64,000 nucleotides of DNA from Minisyncoccota bacterium. Lineage in GTDB: Bacteria; Patescibacteriota; Minisyncoccia; JAHIHE01; JAGLIN01. The translations under genes were made by a program, and so were the position numbers. The DNA is taken from positions 27,617 through 91,616 of the forward strand of contig JAQUYG010000001.1 in NCBI GenBank assembly GCA_028691985.1, written 5' to 3'. Numbering within the stretch: position 1 is the first letter of the stretch; each line of letters begins with the position of its first letter. Of the stretch, positions 46,750-56,666 are shown one piece after another. The notes below the pieces were generated by a model that was not told where the DNA came from, did not search any database, and saw nothing but the letters and a program-made list of their open reading frames with translations.

Positions 46750-47268
46750 TCATATTTTTCTACTGTCGTATGCCCAGTGCAAAAGCGATTGCCTCTGTTT
46801 CTTGCGACAACCAAGATCTCCTTTTTGACAATTTTTCCAGACCTGCGCGATGTGCCGTTTCATCGCTTTCCAACGCCTAACCTGCCGCGGGTCGTCTTCA
46901 TGCCTGCGCCCCATATAATATCGACAATACCACTGAAACCACCCCCGCGGGTCGTCAGTATGTATCCATCCCTTTTCTCGCCAGACAGAAAGTGGCATAC
47001 TCGCCCTAACTCCGAAAAAATTTAAACTGCAATCGGCCTTGTCGCCCTTTGCAAGCTTAGCATGGGAAAACCAAACCTTCGGAAATTCCCTCGTACAGTC
47101 CCGCATATATTTCCCGCAAAACACGCCCATCTCCAACATCTCTTTTGGCGTCAACTCTGGCTTGAAATCCTCGGCAAAATTCTCCCCGACCGATTCGGAA
47201 AGTTCATAACGATAATTTTTTTGCATCTTATCGTTAACGATGACAATTTTTTTGTTTTTTAGAGGCAT
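46750..47268 (-). CDS. Conserved hypothetical protein with an internal tandem HxDDPRxW repeat
   Basis: …GWIHTDDPRGWFQWYCRYYMGRRHEDDPRQVRRW… A nucleotide direct repeat CCGCGGGTCGTC occurs twice, at 46880-46960. Confidence 0.35.
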   Translation of the reverse strand: MPLKNKKIVIVNDKMQKNYRYELSESVGENFAEDFKPELTPKEMLEMGVFCGKYMRDCTREFPKVWFSHAKLAKGDKADCSLNFFGVRASMPLSVWREKGWIHTDDPRGWFQWYCRYYMGRRHEDDPRQVRRWKAMKRHIAQVWKNCQKGDLGCRKKQRQSLLHWAYDSRKI

Positions 47269-47304
47269 AATTTTTATAATATTCCTGATACTTACGCATC
47301 CAAA

Positions 47305-48141
47305 TTACCCCTTCCCGACCACTAGCATCGCTTTTTTCACTTCATCAACCGGCTCGTTAAATCCGGTTTTATAATCGCGAATCGAATCCATAAAAATATT
47401 ATAATCATAGTGATAATTTGCGCCATATCGCGTTCCTGGGTCATGGGTTATGAACTCACCCGCCCTATCGTCATAACCGATCACGATCATCTCATGAAAC
47501 TCCGGACCCGGTGCTGTATAATGAGGATTTTGGAGTTTAACTCCGTTGATCGGCACAATAACCAGATTCCCTTCAGCAAGCTCCTTTTTTATATCTTCCA
47601 ATGAGATGTCGTATTTAGTAAAAGCCCTTCCAGAGGCAAAATATTCATTCCACAATTTAAGAGTATCGGCAATCGAAAGGTCATAAGCACCACTGAAATT
47701 CTCATCCTCAAATTCCGATATCGTGATAATCTCTTCGAGGGCTTTGTCGGGACTTAATGGTTTCCCTAATATCCAATAATACGCCATCAAAAGCGATGCC
47801 TCTTCACAACCATGCTGTTGCCTTGGATCCTCCCAATCTCCGAAAGGAGCCTGCGAAGCGAAAGGAACATTTTTGATTATGATTGTCCGAGGAATATCTA
47901 TTTCTTCTGGCAAAATCTCGCTTTCATTTCCAATCTCATTAGAATCGTCTCTTTTTTCTCCCTCTATATCATCGGTTATTATGCCGCTATCCCCGCTTGA
48001 GCCTCCATTTTCAATTTCAAGCTGAGTATATGGAGGAAGCGGCTCATCTGAAATAGTTCCAACATAAAAATAAGCTGAAATAAGAATTAAAGCACAAAAA
48101 ACAAACAATATTTTGTAATTTATTTGAAAATTCATAAACAA
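47305..48141 (-). CDS. Secreted C39-like (papain-fold) peptidase domain protein
   Basis: Signal/TM; …SQAPFGDWEDPRQQHGCEEASLLMAYYW… (Cys region) and …MIVIGYDDRAGEFITHDPG… (His region), as in Peptidase_C39_2. Confidence 0.55.
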   Translation of the reverse strand: MFMNFQINYKILFVFCALILISAYFYVGTISDEPLPPYTQLEIENGGSSGDSGIITDDIEGEKRDDSNEIGNESEILPEEIDIPRTIIIKNVPFASQAPFGDWEDPRQQHGCEEASLLMAYYWILGKPLSPDKALEEIITISEFEDENFSGAYDLSIADTLKLWNEYFASGRAFTKYDISLEDIKKELAEGNLVIVPINGVKLQNPHYTAPGPEFHEMIVIGYDDRAGEFITHDPGTRYGANYHYDYNIFMDSIRDYKTGFNEPVDEVKKAMLVVGKG

Positions 48142-48161
48142 TAAATTAACATTTTATCGTC

Positions 48162-48653
48162 CTAAAAGATTCTTTTTCTCACTTGGCAAGCCGAGTTATT
48201 TCCGCTTTTTAGATAGTATTTTTGATGATAATCTTCCGCAACATAAAAATTCTTCACAGGAGAAATTTCTGTCACGGCATCGATACCTTTTTCTTTCAAA
48301 ATATCCACGAGCTTATCTGCAATTTTCTTCTGTTTTTCACTCACATAAAAAATTGCGCTGCGATACTGATCTCCGATATCTGGACCCTGACGATTTTTCT
48401 GCGTCGAGTCGTGAATTTCAAAAAAGGTTTTCGCTAGAGTTTCAAAATCAAGTTCATTCGCGTCAAAAACAATCTCCAAAGTTTCGGCATGACCCGTGTC
48501 GCCCCTACAAACTTTCTCATAAGTCGGACTTTCCGTTTTTCCACCCATATAACCCACACGCGTCGAAACAACCCCTTTCAAATTTTGGAAAGAATCCTCT
48601 ACTCCCCAAAAACATCCACCGGCAAAATACGCTTTTTGTATTTTATCCTTCAT
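48162..48653 (-). CDS. msrA: Peptide methionine-S-sulfoxide reductase
   Basis: The active-site region [12 protein letters not shown] is present. Confidence 0.9.
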   Translation of the reverse strand: MKDKIQKAYFAGGCFWGVEDSFQNLKGVVSTRVGYMGGKTESPTYEKVCRGDTGHAETLEIVFDANELDFETLAKTFFEIHDSTQKNRQGPDIGDQYRSAIFYVSEKQKKIADKLVDILKEKGIDAVTEISPVKNFYVAEDYHQKYYLKSGNNSACQVRKRIF

Positions 48654-49017
48654 GTTTTTTTATAAAATCCAAAGAAATAGAATTAACGCAATACCGTGTA
48701 TTCTTGTCTGTCATCCCTTCCCCCAAAAAAACATGCCCCAGATGCGCACCGCAATTAGCGCAAATGATTTCCGTTCGAATTTTATCTGCGTCATTAACCC
48801 TTTTGACTGCACCCCCAATTTCATCATCGAAACTTGGCCAGCCGCAATTAGAGTTAAATTTGTCCCCGGAGTTATAAAGCTCTGCCCCACACCTTTTGCA
48901 AGTATAAACCCCCTCTTCGTCAGAATTAAAATACTTTCCTGAAAATGGCCTTTCAGTCATTTTTTTAACGATAACGTCTTCTTCCTCTGGAGTAAGTTTT
49001 TTGTATGCTTTCTCCAT
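48643..49017 (-). CDS. msrB: Peptide methionine-R-sulfoxide reductase
   Basis: …[13 protein letters not shown]…[17 protein letters not shown]… is the SelR zinc/active-site pattern. It overlaps msrA by 11 nt. Confidence 0.9.
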   Translation of the reverse strand: MEKAYKKLTPEEEDVIVKKMTERPFSGKYFNSDEEGVYTCKRCGAELYNSGDKFNSNCGWPSFDDEIGGAVKRVNDADKIRTEIICANCGAHLGHVFLGEGMTDKNTRYCVNSISLDFIKKHEG

Positions 49018-49198
49018 ATGGCTTGAATAATGATTATATTGGAACTATTATGGCACAACAAAAAGATAAAGTCACTTTTTTATCCGCAGGGTAGTTTTCA
49101 TTGTTCTTATCAAAATCCACGATTTTTCGACAGGATACAATTAGCACAACCCTTCTTAAAACAAATAGAATAATGATTAATTTTAGCCAACCATTTTT

Positions 49199-49687
49199 TC
49201 AAACTTCTGCGAAAATAATCATATAATTATGTCCGAACTTCTTGGCGCATTTCGGACAATAAGCATAATGAACATAATATTTTTTAGCCTTCTTTCCGAC
49301 TCCGGCTAAATATTTATCCATCTGTTTTATCAATTTAGGGATTGCATTATACGAATCATCGAAAACCTTGCTAATAAATGTTCCTGAAATCACAGCATTG
49401 TTCGCGCCAGGAACATTTCCTGTCACAGACAAATACAGCTCCGATCTAAAAGCAGAAGGATCACAAAACAAAACCAGAGTGTCCTCTTTATCGTCCGAAG
49501 TAGCTTTTACCTCCTCTGCCATCTTCCACATCTTAGATATCTTTTTACCGATCATAGGAGGAAAAGGAAGATGAAATAATGTAGGTATAGACTCTTTGAT
49601 AAATTGTTTATTATCCCAATCTAATGTCTTTTCGTCCCATTTCTCTAGGTTAAATTTGGGACAACATTCATCGTTTTCTTGGTTCAT
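49199..49687 (-). CDS. Hypothetical protein with C-terminal CPKC motif
   Basis: 162 aa; no confident family. Confidence 0.35.
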   Translation of the reverse strand: MNQENDECCPKFNLEKWDEKTLDWDNKQFIKESIPTLFHLPFPPMIGKKISKMWKMAEEVKATSDDKEDTLVLFCDPSAFRSELYLSVTGNVPGANNAVISGTFISKVFDDSYNAIPKLIKQMDKYLAGVGKKAKKYYVHYAYCPKCAKKFGHNYMIIFAEV

Positions 49688-49837
49688 ATATTTATTTTAT
49701 CACAAATTATATGCCATTTTAACGGTAAACCCTATTTCAGAAATAAATCAATATTAAACAAACTAGAATGAAATTAACAGATTAAAGCTATTATAACCCA
49801 GAAAGAAACAAAGTCATTTTTTCTATGATGAATAGAT

Positions 49838-50241
49838 TATAAGAACCTCTGAAAAACTAAGAGCTATTGATTTTAAGTGCTAACAGCTCCTGTACAAGCT
49901 AGATAATTCGAGAACAAAACACCGCATAAATTTCATCCATATTATATTTTTCGTGTGTCATGCCGGGCCCCAACCCGGTATCTTCGTTATATTTCGCTTT
50001 TACTTTACTATAATGCTTAATCGTTATACTCCGTAGATTCTGGATATTTTGCAGTAAAGAAATTCCGGAATGACAAATACTGCGTTTTCGGCATTTTAGA
50101 AAAATTCTTCGAAATATTTTATACAGGAACTGTCAGTGAATTAAGTAACTTGTACAATTCCTGCAGAGGCGGGAATCTAGACTTGAAGGAAAAAGATAAA
50201 TTTAAAAATCGATATTTCTTAGTTTTTCAGAGGTTCCTATG
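49838..50241. mobile_element. MITE-like non-coding element (404 bp). It has 22-bp terminal inverted repeats and nested subterminal inverted repeats, and carries full copy 2 of the structured repeat.
   Basis: TIR-L AAGAACCTCTGAAAAACTAAGA at 49841-49862. The reverse complement of TIR-R (50217-50238) is AGGAACCTCTGAAAAACTAAGA, a 21/22 match. A nested pair GCTCCTGTACAAGCT (49881) / ACTTGTACAATTCC (50151) lies inside. There is no ORF over 60 aa. Confidence 0.5.
49956..50147 (+). repeat. Full copy 2 of the ~195-nt structured repeat
   Basis: It aligns end-to-end with 38816-39008. The 5' hairpin ATGCCGGGccccaaCCCGGTAT keeps pairing through a G·U wobble relative to copy 1. Confidence 0.6.
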
Positions 50242-50258
50242 TATTTTCTATTAAAAAT

Positions 50259-50543
50259 TCAATAACTATCTTTTTTATCTTCTGAAAATAATCTCTTTTT
50301 TATAATTTCTAATTTATCCTCTCGCGATAACTTTTTGATTCGAGCCTCTTCCTTGGTCGCAGTCGACCTAGTTCGGAAAGATTTAGAAAACAAAAGTTCC
50401 ACCGGCCGACGAGACTTTGTATATTTCGCACCCAACTTCGAAAAATTATGTTCTTCCACTCTCCGCGCCAAATCCACCGTAATCCCGGTATAAAGTGTCC
50501 CGTCCGCACATTTTAATATATAGAGGTAATACATAATATTCAT
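50259..50543 (-). CDS. GIY-YIG nuclease superfamily protein (UPF0213/YhbQ-like)
   Basis: MYYLYILKCADGTLYTGITVDLARRVEEHN is the GIY…YIG motif. Confidence 0.75.
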   Translation of the reverse strand: MNIMYYLYILKCADGTLYTGITVDLARRVEEHNFSKLGAKYTKSRRPVELLFSKSFRTRSTATKEEARIKKLSREDKLEIIKKRLFSEDKKDSY

Positions 50544-50657
50544 TAGACTGCACCCTTAACAAAATAATATTTTCTTATTTATTATCTCACATTTAAAGAT
50601 AAGACAAAAGGACAGTCCTTAAAAATAGACTGCCCTTCCGTGTGCTCGGCAAAAGTA

Positions 50658-51488
50658 CTACCGCCTCTTCCCGGCATGTTCATTGCTCTGTATGTAGCTT
50701 ACGCAACTACCCTGATTCCTAAATCCAAGATCTCTCCATCCGCCCCGCTTGTACTGATTCTTGCTTTTAAGATGAAGTTTGTTTTTCACCTTCACATTGA
50801 TCAGATCGAAATCTTCGTTTCCAGAGTCATCTTCAGCCTCCAGATTAATAAAATACATACCATTATCGACAGCAGTCGTGTCCCAAACGAACAATGATTC
50901 ATCTGTAAAAGAAATACCGTCACTGTTATTGATGATCTCCACTACAACATTATCATGGTCTCTGATAGTCAGAGCATAGCCCTTCAGATTATCGTCCTGC
51001 ACTGAACCACGGATGTCCACACTGCCAGAAACGGTTTCGTCATCTGCCGGCTGCAATATTTCTACTTCGGGGTCAGTTGTGTTCGCGACCGGTTCATCAA
51101 CAACCTCGAATTCTCGCGTGAGCCTTATATTGCTCTCTCCTGCATCCTCAAGGGGATTAAAAACGAAACAATAGGCTCCTTTTCCCCAAGAAGTCGTATC
51201 GGCAGTAGCAACAAAATCTCCACTACCTGACCATGAATAACTGTCGGAGTGCCCATCAACATTTCCCAAAACTGTTCCTGTTTTTGCAGCGCAAGTACCT
51301 TTTCGCACCGCCCAAGAAACATTATCATTGTCATCGTCTATCAAAGTCGCCCTAAAATCGACCATGCCGTAAACTTCTTCTCCTGTTCCTGGAGAGGTTA
51401 TCTCAGCCGAGCGCTCGACTTCCGCCACGCAGCTCAGAACTGGAAATAATGCCATAAAGGCTGTTAGGAATAATGCGATTTTTTTCAT
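50658..51488 (-). CDS. Hypothetical secreted protein
   Basis: Signal peptide MKKIALFLTAFMALFPVLSCVA; acidic, beta-rich. Confidence 0.4.
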   Translation of the reverse strand: MKKIALFLTAFMALFPVLSCVAEVERSAEITSPGTGEEVYGMVDFRATLIDDDNDNVSWAVRKGTCAAKTGTVLGNVDGHSDSYSWSGSGDFVATADTTSWGKGAYCFVFNPLEDAGESNIRLTREFEVVDEPVANTTDPEVEILQPADDETVSGSVDIRGSVQDDNLKGYALTIRDHDNVVVEIINNSDGISFTDESLFVWDTTAVDNGMYFINLEAEDDSGNEDFDLINVKVKNKLHLKSKNQYKRGGWRDLGFRNQGSCVSYIQSNEHAGKRR

Positions 51489-51776
51489 ATTTTTGATATT
51501 AGACTTTTAATATATAGAAGGTGCTGATTGGCGTAAAACTGGTCCGTGCTAAAAAATATTTTCAACTCCTCCCTTCAAGTAATTATGCTAAATCTTCTAC
51601 TTTTAGGCAAATAAGTTATACACAACGCCAGAATCCTATAGGCTGGCATCAATCATTCGGAAGATCGCATATCTTCGGCAAAATATTTCTTTTTGCCCTC
51701 TCGGAATATACTCAAAAGAATGCTATAATTCAATGTAAGTGAAAAAAGACTAAAGATTCACAGCCCGTATCAATAT

Positions 51777-53915
51777 ATGAAAACTCTCTTAAAACAATAT
51801 TTCGGATATGATCAGTTCCGTCCGCTTCAAGAAGAAATCATCCAGAATGTCATCGAAAAAAATGACACTTTTGTGCTAATGCCGACCGGGGGAGGAAAGT
51901 CGCTCTGCTATCAATTGCCGGCACTCAAATTCAAAGGCATTACACTGGTAGTCTCCCCCCTTATCGCGCTTATGAAAGACCAAGTGGACGCGCTTCAGTC
52001 TTGCGGCATCCGCGCGGAGTTCATCAACTCCAGTCTGTCGGCAGGAGAAATACAGAAAATCTATGAAGAGACGGAAGGTGGTGAAATTAAAATTCTCTAT
52101 ATCGCGCCGGAAAGATTTGCTCTCAAAAGCTTCCAAGCTTGGGTACAATCTTTGCCCGTAAGCCTCATAGCGGTTGATGAAGCGCACTGCATATCTGAAT
52201 GGGGGCATGACTTCCGTCCTGAATACCGTAATTTGAGATATCTTCGCAAACTCTTTCCAAAAGTGCCGCTTATCGCCCTGACGGCAACCGCCACCGACAA
52301 AGTCCGCGAAGACATCATCAACCAGCTCGAGCTTCAAGAAGCGAAAATTTTTATTTCAAGCTTCAATCGAGAAAATCTGCATCTAAGTGTCGTGGAAAAG
52401 AAAAATGCCTTTCCCAAGCTCCTCGATATTCTGGACAAATACAGAGATGAATCCTCGATTATCTATTGTTTTTCGCGCAAAGAAACAGAAAAAATCGCCG
52501 AGAAACTCATCGGTAACGGCTTCAAGGCCTGTGCCTACCACGCGGGACTTTCCAAGGAGAAAAGAAAAAAGGCTCAAGATAGTTTCATAAAGGACAAGGT
52601 AAATGTTATCGTTGGCACTATCGCCTTCGGAATGGGTATCAATAAACCTGATGTACGGCTAGTCGTACATTACACCTATCCCAAAACTCTCGAAGGCTAT
52701 TATCAGGAGATCGGCCGTGCCGGACGAGACGGACTTCCGAGCGATTGCGTCATGTTTTATACCTACGCCGACACTCGCAAGCATGAATTTTTTATCAATC
52801 AGATCTATGACCAAGAGTTGAAAGGCCGTGCTGAAGAAAAGCTGGGGGAAATGATGACCTATGGCGAGCTTACCACTTGCCGGAAGAAATATGTCCTCCG
52901 CTATTTCGGGGAGAATTTCGAGAAAGATAATTGTGGCAGTTGTGACATCTGCCTCACAGATAAAATAATGTTTGATGCTACCGTCGTTTCCCAAAAAATC
53001 CTCTCCGCCGTCATCCGAACCGAAAACAAATTCGGTAAAGGCTATATCGCACAAGTGCTACGCGGGAAAAAAAATCAAAAAATATCAGCAAACGGACATG
53101 ACAGACTCTCCGTCTTCGGCATCGTCCGAGATTTTTCCGAAAATGAACTGGGGCAAATCATAAACCACTTGGTCGGTTTGGAATATCTGCGAAAAGACAT
53201 AGGCAAATATCCGACGCTAGGCATCACGCGAAAAGGAGTGGATTTCCTGAAAGGTAGTGAGCTTTTAGAAATTCCAAAGCCTCAAGCGGACATCATCAAG
53301 GAAATCAAGACCGGCAAATTCGATTACAACACAGAGCTGTTTGAGAAACTGCGCGAACTACGAAAAAGTCTGGCAGAAAAAGCCAATGTTCCTCCTTTTG
53401 TCATTTTTGGAGATCAGAGTCTGCAGGAAATGGCCTATTACCTACCGCAAAATAGAGAGGCTTTCGCGCGTATCGGCGGAGTAGGTGTAAAAAAATTGGA
53501 AGACCTGAGCGAAATCTTCCTTGGCACAATCGTGGATTTCACTACAAAAGAAAATCTTGCCCCTATCGAGATCCCCGATAAACCTTCCATGCGAACCACG
53601 AAAAATCCAAAAGTAGAAACCGCCTTGATAACTCAAGGGCTCATAGCTCAAAAAATACCTCTTGCTAAAATTGCAGAGAAGCAAGGACTGAAAATCGGCA
53701 CGATTATTAATCACATCACTCAGATAATTGACAGAGGGGAAGAGTTGGACCTGAGTTATATAGATTTTCCCCCAGAAAAAATAACGGAAATCGCCTCAGC
53801 TTTCGAAGAATGTGGTAATGAAAGGTTAAGACCGATTTTCGACTGCCTCGACGGAAAATATTCTTATGATGACATCCGTATGGCAGTAATCTTGATCAAA
53901 AATCGAGAAAAGTAA
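51777..53915 (+). CDS. recQ: ATP-dependent DNA helicase RecQ (with RQC/HRDC region)
   Basis: …FGYDQFRPLQEEII…LMPTGGGKSLCYQLPA…; the DEAH region is VDEAHCISEWGHDFRPEY; then …TATAT… and the Zn-binding CxxC…C. Confidence 0.9.
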   Translation: MKTLLKQYFGYDQFRPLQEEIIQNVIEKNDTFVLMPTGGGKSLCYQLPALKFKGITLVVSPLIALMKDQVDALQSCGIRAEFINSSLSAGEIQKIYEETEGGEIKILYIAPERFALKSFQAWVQSLPVSLIAVDEAHCISEWGHDFRPEYRNLRYLRKLFPKVPLIALTATATDKVREDIINQLELQEAKIFISSFNRENLHLSVVEKKNAFPKLLDILDKYRDESSIIYCFSRKETEKIAEKLIGNGFKACAYHAGLSKEKRKKAQDSFIKDKVNVIVGTIAFGMGINKPDVRLVVHYTYPKTLEGYYQEIGRAGRDGLPSDCVMFYTYADTRKHEFFINQIYDQELKGRAEEKLGEMMTYGELTTCRKKYVLRYFGENFEKDNCGSCDICLTDKIMFDATVVSQKILSAVIRTENKFGKGYIAQVLRGKKNQKISANGHDRLSVFGIVRDFSENELGQIINHLVGLEYLRKDIGKYPTLGITRKGVDFLKGSELLEIPKPQADIIKEIKTGKFDYNTELFEKLRELRKSLAEKANVPPFVIFGDQSLQEMAYYLPQNREAFARIGGVGVKKLEDLSEIFLGTIVDFTTKENLAPIEIPDKPSMRTTKNPKVETALITQGLIAQKIPLAKIAEKQGLKIGTIINHITQIIDRGEELDLSYIDFPPEKITEIASAFEECGNERLRPIFDCLDGKYSYDDIRMAVILIKNREK

Positions 53916-53924
53916 CAGATTACA

Positions 53925-53965
53925 AAAAAAAGGACTGGCCTCGCAGAATAGAAAGGCCGGTCTTT
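53925..53965. terminator. Bidirectional intrinsic terminator between recQ and the PIF1-like helicase gene
   Basis: AAAAAAAAGGACTGGCCtcgcagaatagaaaGGCCGGTCTTTTTTAT. Confidence 0.55.
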
Positions 53966-53988
53966 TTTATATCCAATTTGCCGGCTTC

Positions 53989-55371
53989 TTATCCAAAAAG
54001 CCCGCCGACATACTTTTCTCCACCATTTTTCTCGAGAAAATCTTTTTGCGTTTTTACCAGGTTTTTCTTGTCCATTTTTAGATAGTCTTTTTCGTCTTCT
54101 TCTGATTTAGCGAGCAATTCGCGATCAAGGATAATGACTTCCTCCTTCGCCCGAAGCGCCATCTCGTTAAAGCCCACCAAGCTCATTCCCGCCAGCGAAC
54201 GCACGCGGGAAAGCGCCACATAACCCATACCGAATTCGAAAGTTTTACGCAGATCGATTTCTGCCGCATCCAAGCTCATGCCCTGACTCTTGTGCACCGT
54301 AATCGCCCACGCCAGCCTGAGCGGCACCTGCCGGACCGAAGCAATGACCTCTTTGCCATCCTCCACGACCCATTGCTCCGGATAAGCCGTAATCAGATTG
54401 CCATCAAAAGTTCTTACCACAGGATAATTATCGTTTTCTTCGTCAAAATCCACAACCTTGCCCAAAGTACCATTAACAAAGCCCTTATTAAAATTATTTT
54501 TGACGAACATCACCACCGCCCCGATTTTCAGTGTCAGATTCTGCGGCGCCAAGCAATACCCTTTTCTCAATCTCTCCACCAGATTATCAACCCCTTCTGC
54601 TTCCATCTCGTAAGAAATCTCCTTAGTCTTCAGCTTATCCAGTTCCTGAAAATTATAATCCTCGACATCAATGTTATGCGTATGCAATTTTGTAGGCTTT
54701 ATCTCAGATTTGACTGTCTTACCCAAACGCTTTTCTAATATTTTTATAGTCTTCTCCGTCACTTCATTTTTTCGGATATCCCCGAGCAATTGCAAAAATT
54801 TCTTATCCGATTGTCGATGTTGCTCCTCCAGATAACAAACTCTGATATCCATATTATTCCAAATATGAGATTCTGTGACAAAGCGCCCGTCTTTCCCGCC
54901 CCGCTTGACCGGAGGCAACTGAAAAAAATCGCCGCAAAAAACCACCTGCATACCACCGAAAGGTCTCATGTCTTCTTTAAATGTCCTGCAAATCCAATCA
55001 ATCAGATCAAGTTGCTTGGCATTGAGCATCGAAATCTCATCTATTATCAGAACCTTGGTAAAAGCCACGCTACGGAATAAATAATTTTTCTTTTTAAGTG
55101 CGTTAATCTTATCAATTAACAACTCATCTTCAATCCCCATTCCGCACCAAGAATGAATCGTACGCCCACCCAGATGTGTCGCCGCAATGCCCGTAGAAGC
55201 AGTAACCGCCACTGCGATATTATTATCCCTAAGATATTTTATATATTGCGTCAACAAAAAAGTCTTGCCCGACCCCGCCGGACCCGTCAAAAAAACGCTC
55301 TCCCCCGATTTCAATATATCCAAAGCTTGCTTCTGTTTCATAATTTGTTTTTTTCCTAGATAAAATACCAT
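53989..55371 (-). CDS. PIF1/RecD-like SF1B DNA helicase
   Basis: Walker A FLTGPAGSGKTFLL; …VLIIDEISMLNAKQLDLID…FGGMQVVFCGDFFQLPPV; C-terminal …AITVHKSQGMSLDAAEIDL…. Confidence 0.8.
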   Translation of the reverse strand: MVFYLGKKQIMKQKQALDILKSGESVFLTGPAGSGKTFLLTQYIKYLRDNNIAVAVTASTGIAATHLGGRTIHSWCGMGIEDELLIDKINALKKKNYLFRSVAFTKVLIIDEISMLNAKQLDLIDWICRTFKEDMRPFGGMQVVFCGDFFQLPPVKRGGKDGRFVTESHIWNNMDIRVCYLEEQHRQSDKKFLQLLGDIRKNEVTEKTIKILEKRLGKTVKSEIKPTKLHTHNIDVEDYNFQELDKLKTKEISYEMEAEGVDNLVERLRKGYCLAPQNLTLKIGAVVMFVKNNFNKGFVNGTLGKVVDFDEENDNYPVVRTFDGNLITAYPEQWVVEDGKEVIASVRQVPLRLAWAITVHKSQGMSLDAAEIDLRKTFEFGMGYVALSRVRSLAGMSLVGFNEMALRAKEEVIILDRELLAKSEEDEKDYLKMDKKNLVKTQKDFLEKNGGEKYVGGLFG

Positions 55372-55523
55372 TTACACCCTTAATTCAGGCAGAGCCCCCC
55401 TCGCCGTGTCTATCATCCTCACCATTTCAGAATACCACAAACGAGAAAGAGATTCTACCTTTGCCGGGAAACGAAAAACTTGTATAATACTAATAAGTAG
55501 GCTTTTATCAATAACAATCATAT

Positions 55524-56240
55524 ATGTTCAACCCCGAATGCCCGATAGGCCAGATTCCTGCAGAAGAACCCTTCAAAGAGGAACTGTCGGAAAACGAAGG
55601 AGAGGAAGAGAAAAAAGAAAAACAATCCCTCGCCAAAGAAATCATCGACAATGGCTACGAAGAAATTAAAACATTGGCGGAAAATATTTACGAAAAAATC
55701 AAATCGGACGACACCAAAATAGAAATGGCATGTATTGTTACCGAAACCTTGGATAAAATTGCCAATGACGAAGAGATAGTGAAGTATCTCCAAGAACACG
55801 GATGCATTGACGATAAAATTGCTAAAATCAGCGTGCTGATGATACCCTTGATTGAAAAATCCATCCTAGTCGAGCAAACTGAACTCTCAGAGCAAAAGAA
55901 AGAAGAAGCAAGAAAAACAGCAGAGAAAGTGAAAGGTGTTTGTAAAGCGCTCCTCTTTAAAGACGGTCCCGCTATCGACGCAAAAACTATTAAAGAGGTT
56001 CTAGCCGTCATCATTCCAGAAAATCCCGAAGATGATTATACCTATATCGACCAGGCAGGAGATAGCCTGATTGGATTGGCAACCCGATATGAAGGCAACA
56101 GGGCTTCGACTATCAGAACTTTTGCATACATCCTAAAAAATAAAGCGTTTCAAAGTGTGGTATCGGGTGTCTTCAGAAAATGGCTGGAGAATAGAACGGA
56201 AGAAGAAAATATCGAAGACAAAGCAAGCACAACAACATAG
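55524..56240 (+). CDS. Hypothetical acidic protein
   Basis: 238 aa, E/K-rich; no family recognised. Confidence 0.35.
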   Translation: MFNPECPIGQIPAEEPFKEELSENEGEEEKKEKQSLAKEIIDNGYEEIKTLAENIYEKIKSDDTKIEMACIVTETLDKIANDEEIVKYLQEHGCIDDKIAKISVLMIPLIEKSILVEQTELSEQKKEEARKTAEKVKGVCKALLFKDGPAIDAKTIKEVLAVIIPENPEDDYTYIDQAGDSLIGLATRYEGNRASTIRTFAYILKNKAFQSVVSGVFRKWLENRTEEENIEDKASTTT

Positions 56241-56310
56241 GACACAATCGAGCAGCTACAACAGAGCTGCTTTATTGTGTCCGCAGGATTTAATAAAACC
56301 ATTTTGTATT

Positions 56311-56661
56311 TTACTCTAATAATTTTATCCTGATTCCTAACACTCCATATTCCGCCTCTTGTTCTTTGGTATAAACTTCATACATACAAGTTTCCAAGTA
56401 TTTTCTATCCGATTCCTCATATCCCAATAGTCCTGTTGGCAAATCCGAAAGCATTTCCGTAAAAGTATCATACCGGAACAACCCGACAACCCTTGTTTTG
56501 ATTTTATTCTCTAAGTCTGGCAGCTCTGAAAATTCTATCTCATCTCCTAGCATTATAATCTGCCGTTTCTCATCATAAAGCCGGAGTTCCAAAGTTTTCT
56601 TACCACTTTTCATTCTTTCAAAAGGACCCGATTGTAACTTCATTCGATATAGCATTCTCAT
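56311..56661 (-). CDS. ASCH-domain (PUA-like) protein
   Basis: MRMLYRMKLQSGPFERMKSGKKTLELRLYDEKRQIIMLGDEIEF is the ASCH N-terminal pattern. Confidence 0.6.
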   Translation of the reverse strand: MRMLYRMKLQSGPFERMKSGKKTLELRLYDEKRQIIMLGDEIEFSELPDLENKIKTRVVGLFRYDTFTEMLSDLPTGLLGYEESDRKYLETCMYEVYTKEQEAEYGVLGIRIKLLE

Positions 56662-56666
56662 AACAA

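Noticed and set aside
49199-49687. Possible functional link between the CPKC-motif hypothetical gene, the MITE and the GIY-YIG gene, as a homing cassette
   Set aside because: The GIY-YIG protein is of the short YhbQ/UPF0213 housekeeping type, not a homing endonuclease with a DNA-binding extension. No intron-like conserved P/Q/R/S elements were recognised. The adjacency is noted in a finding but not called a system.
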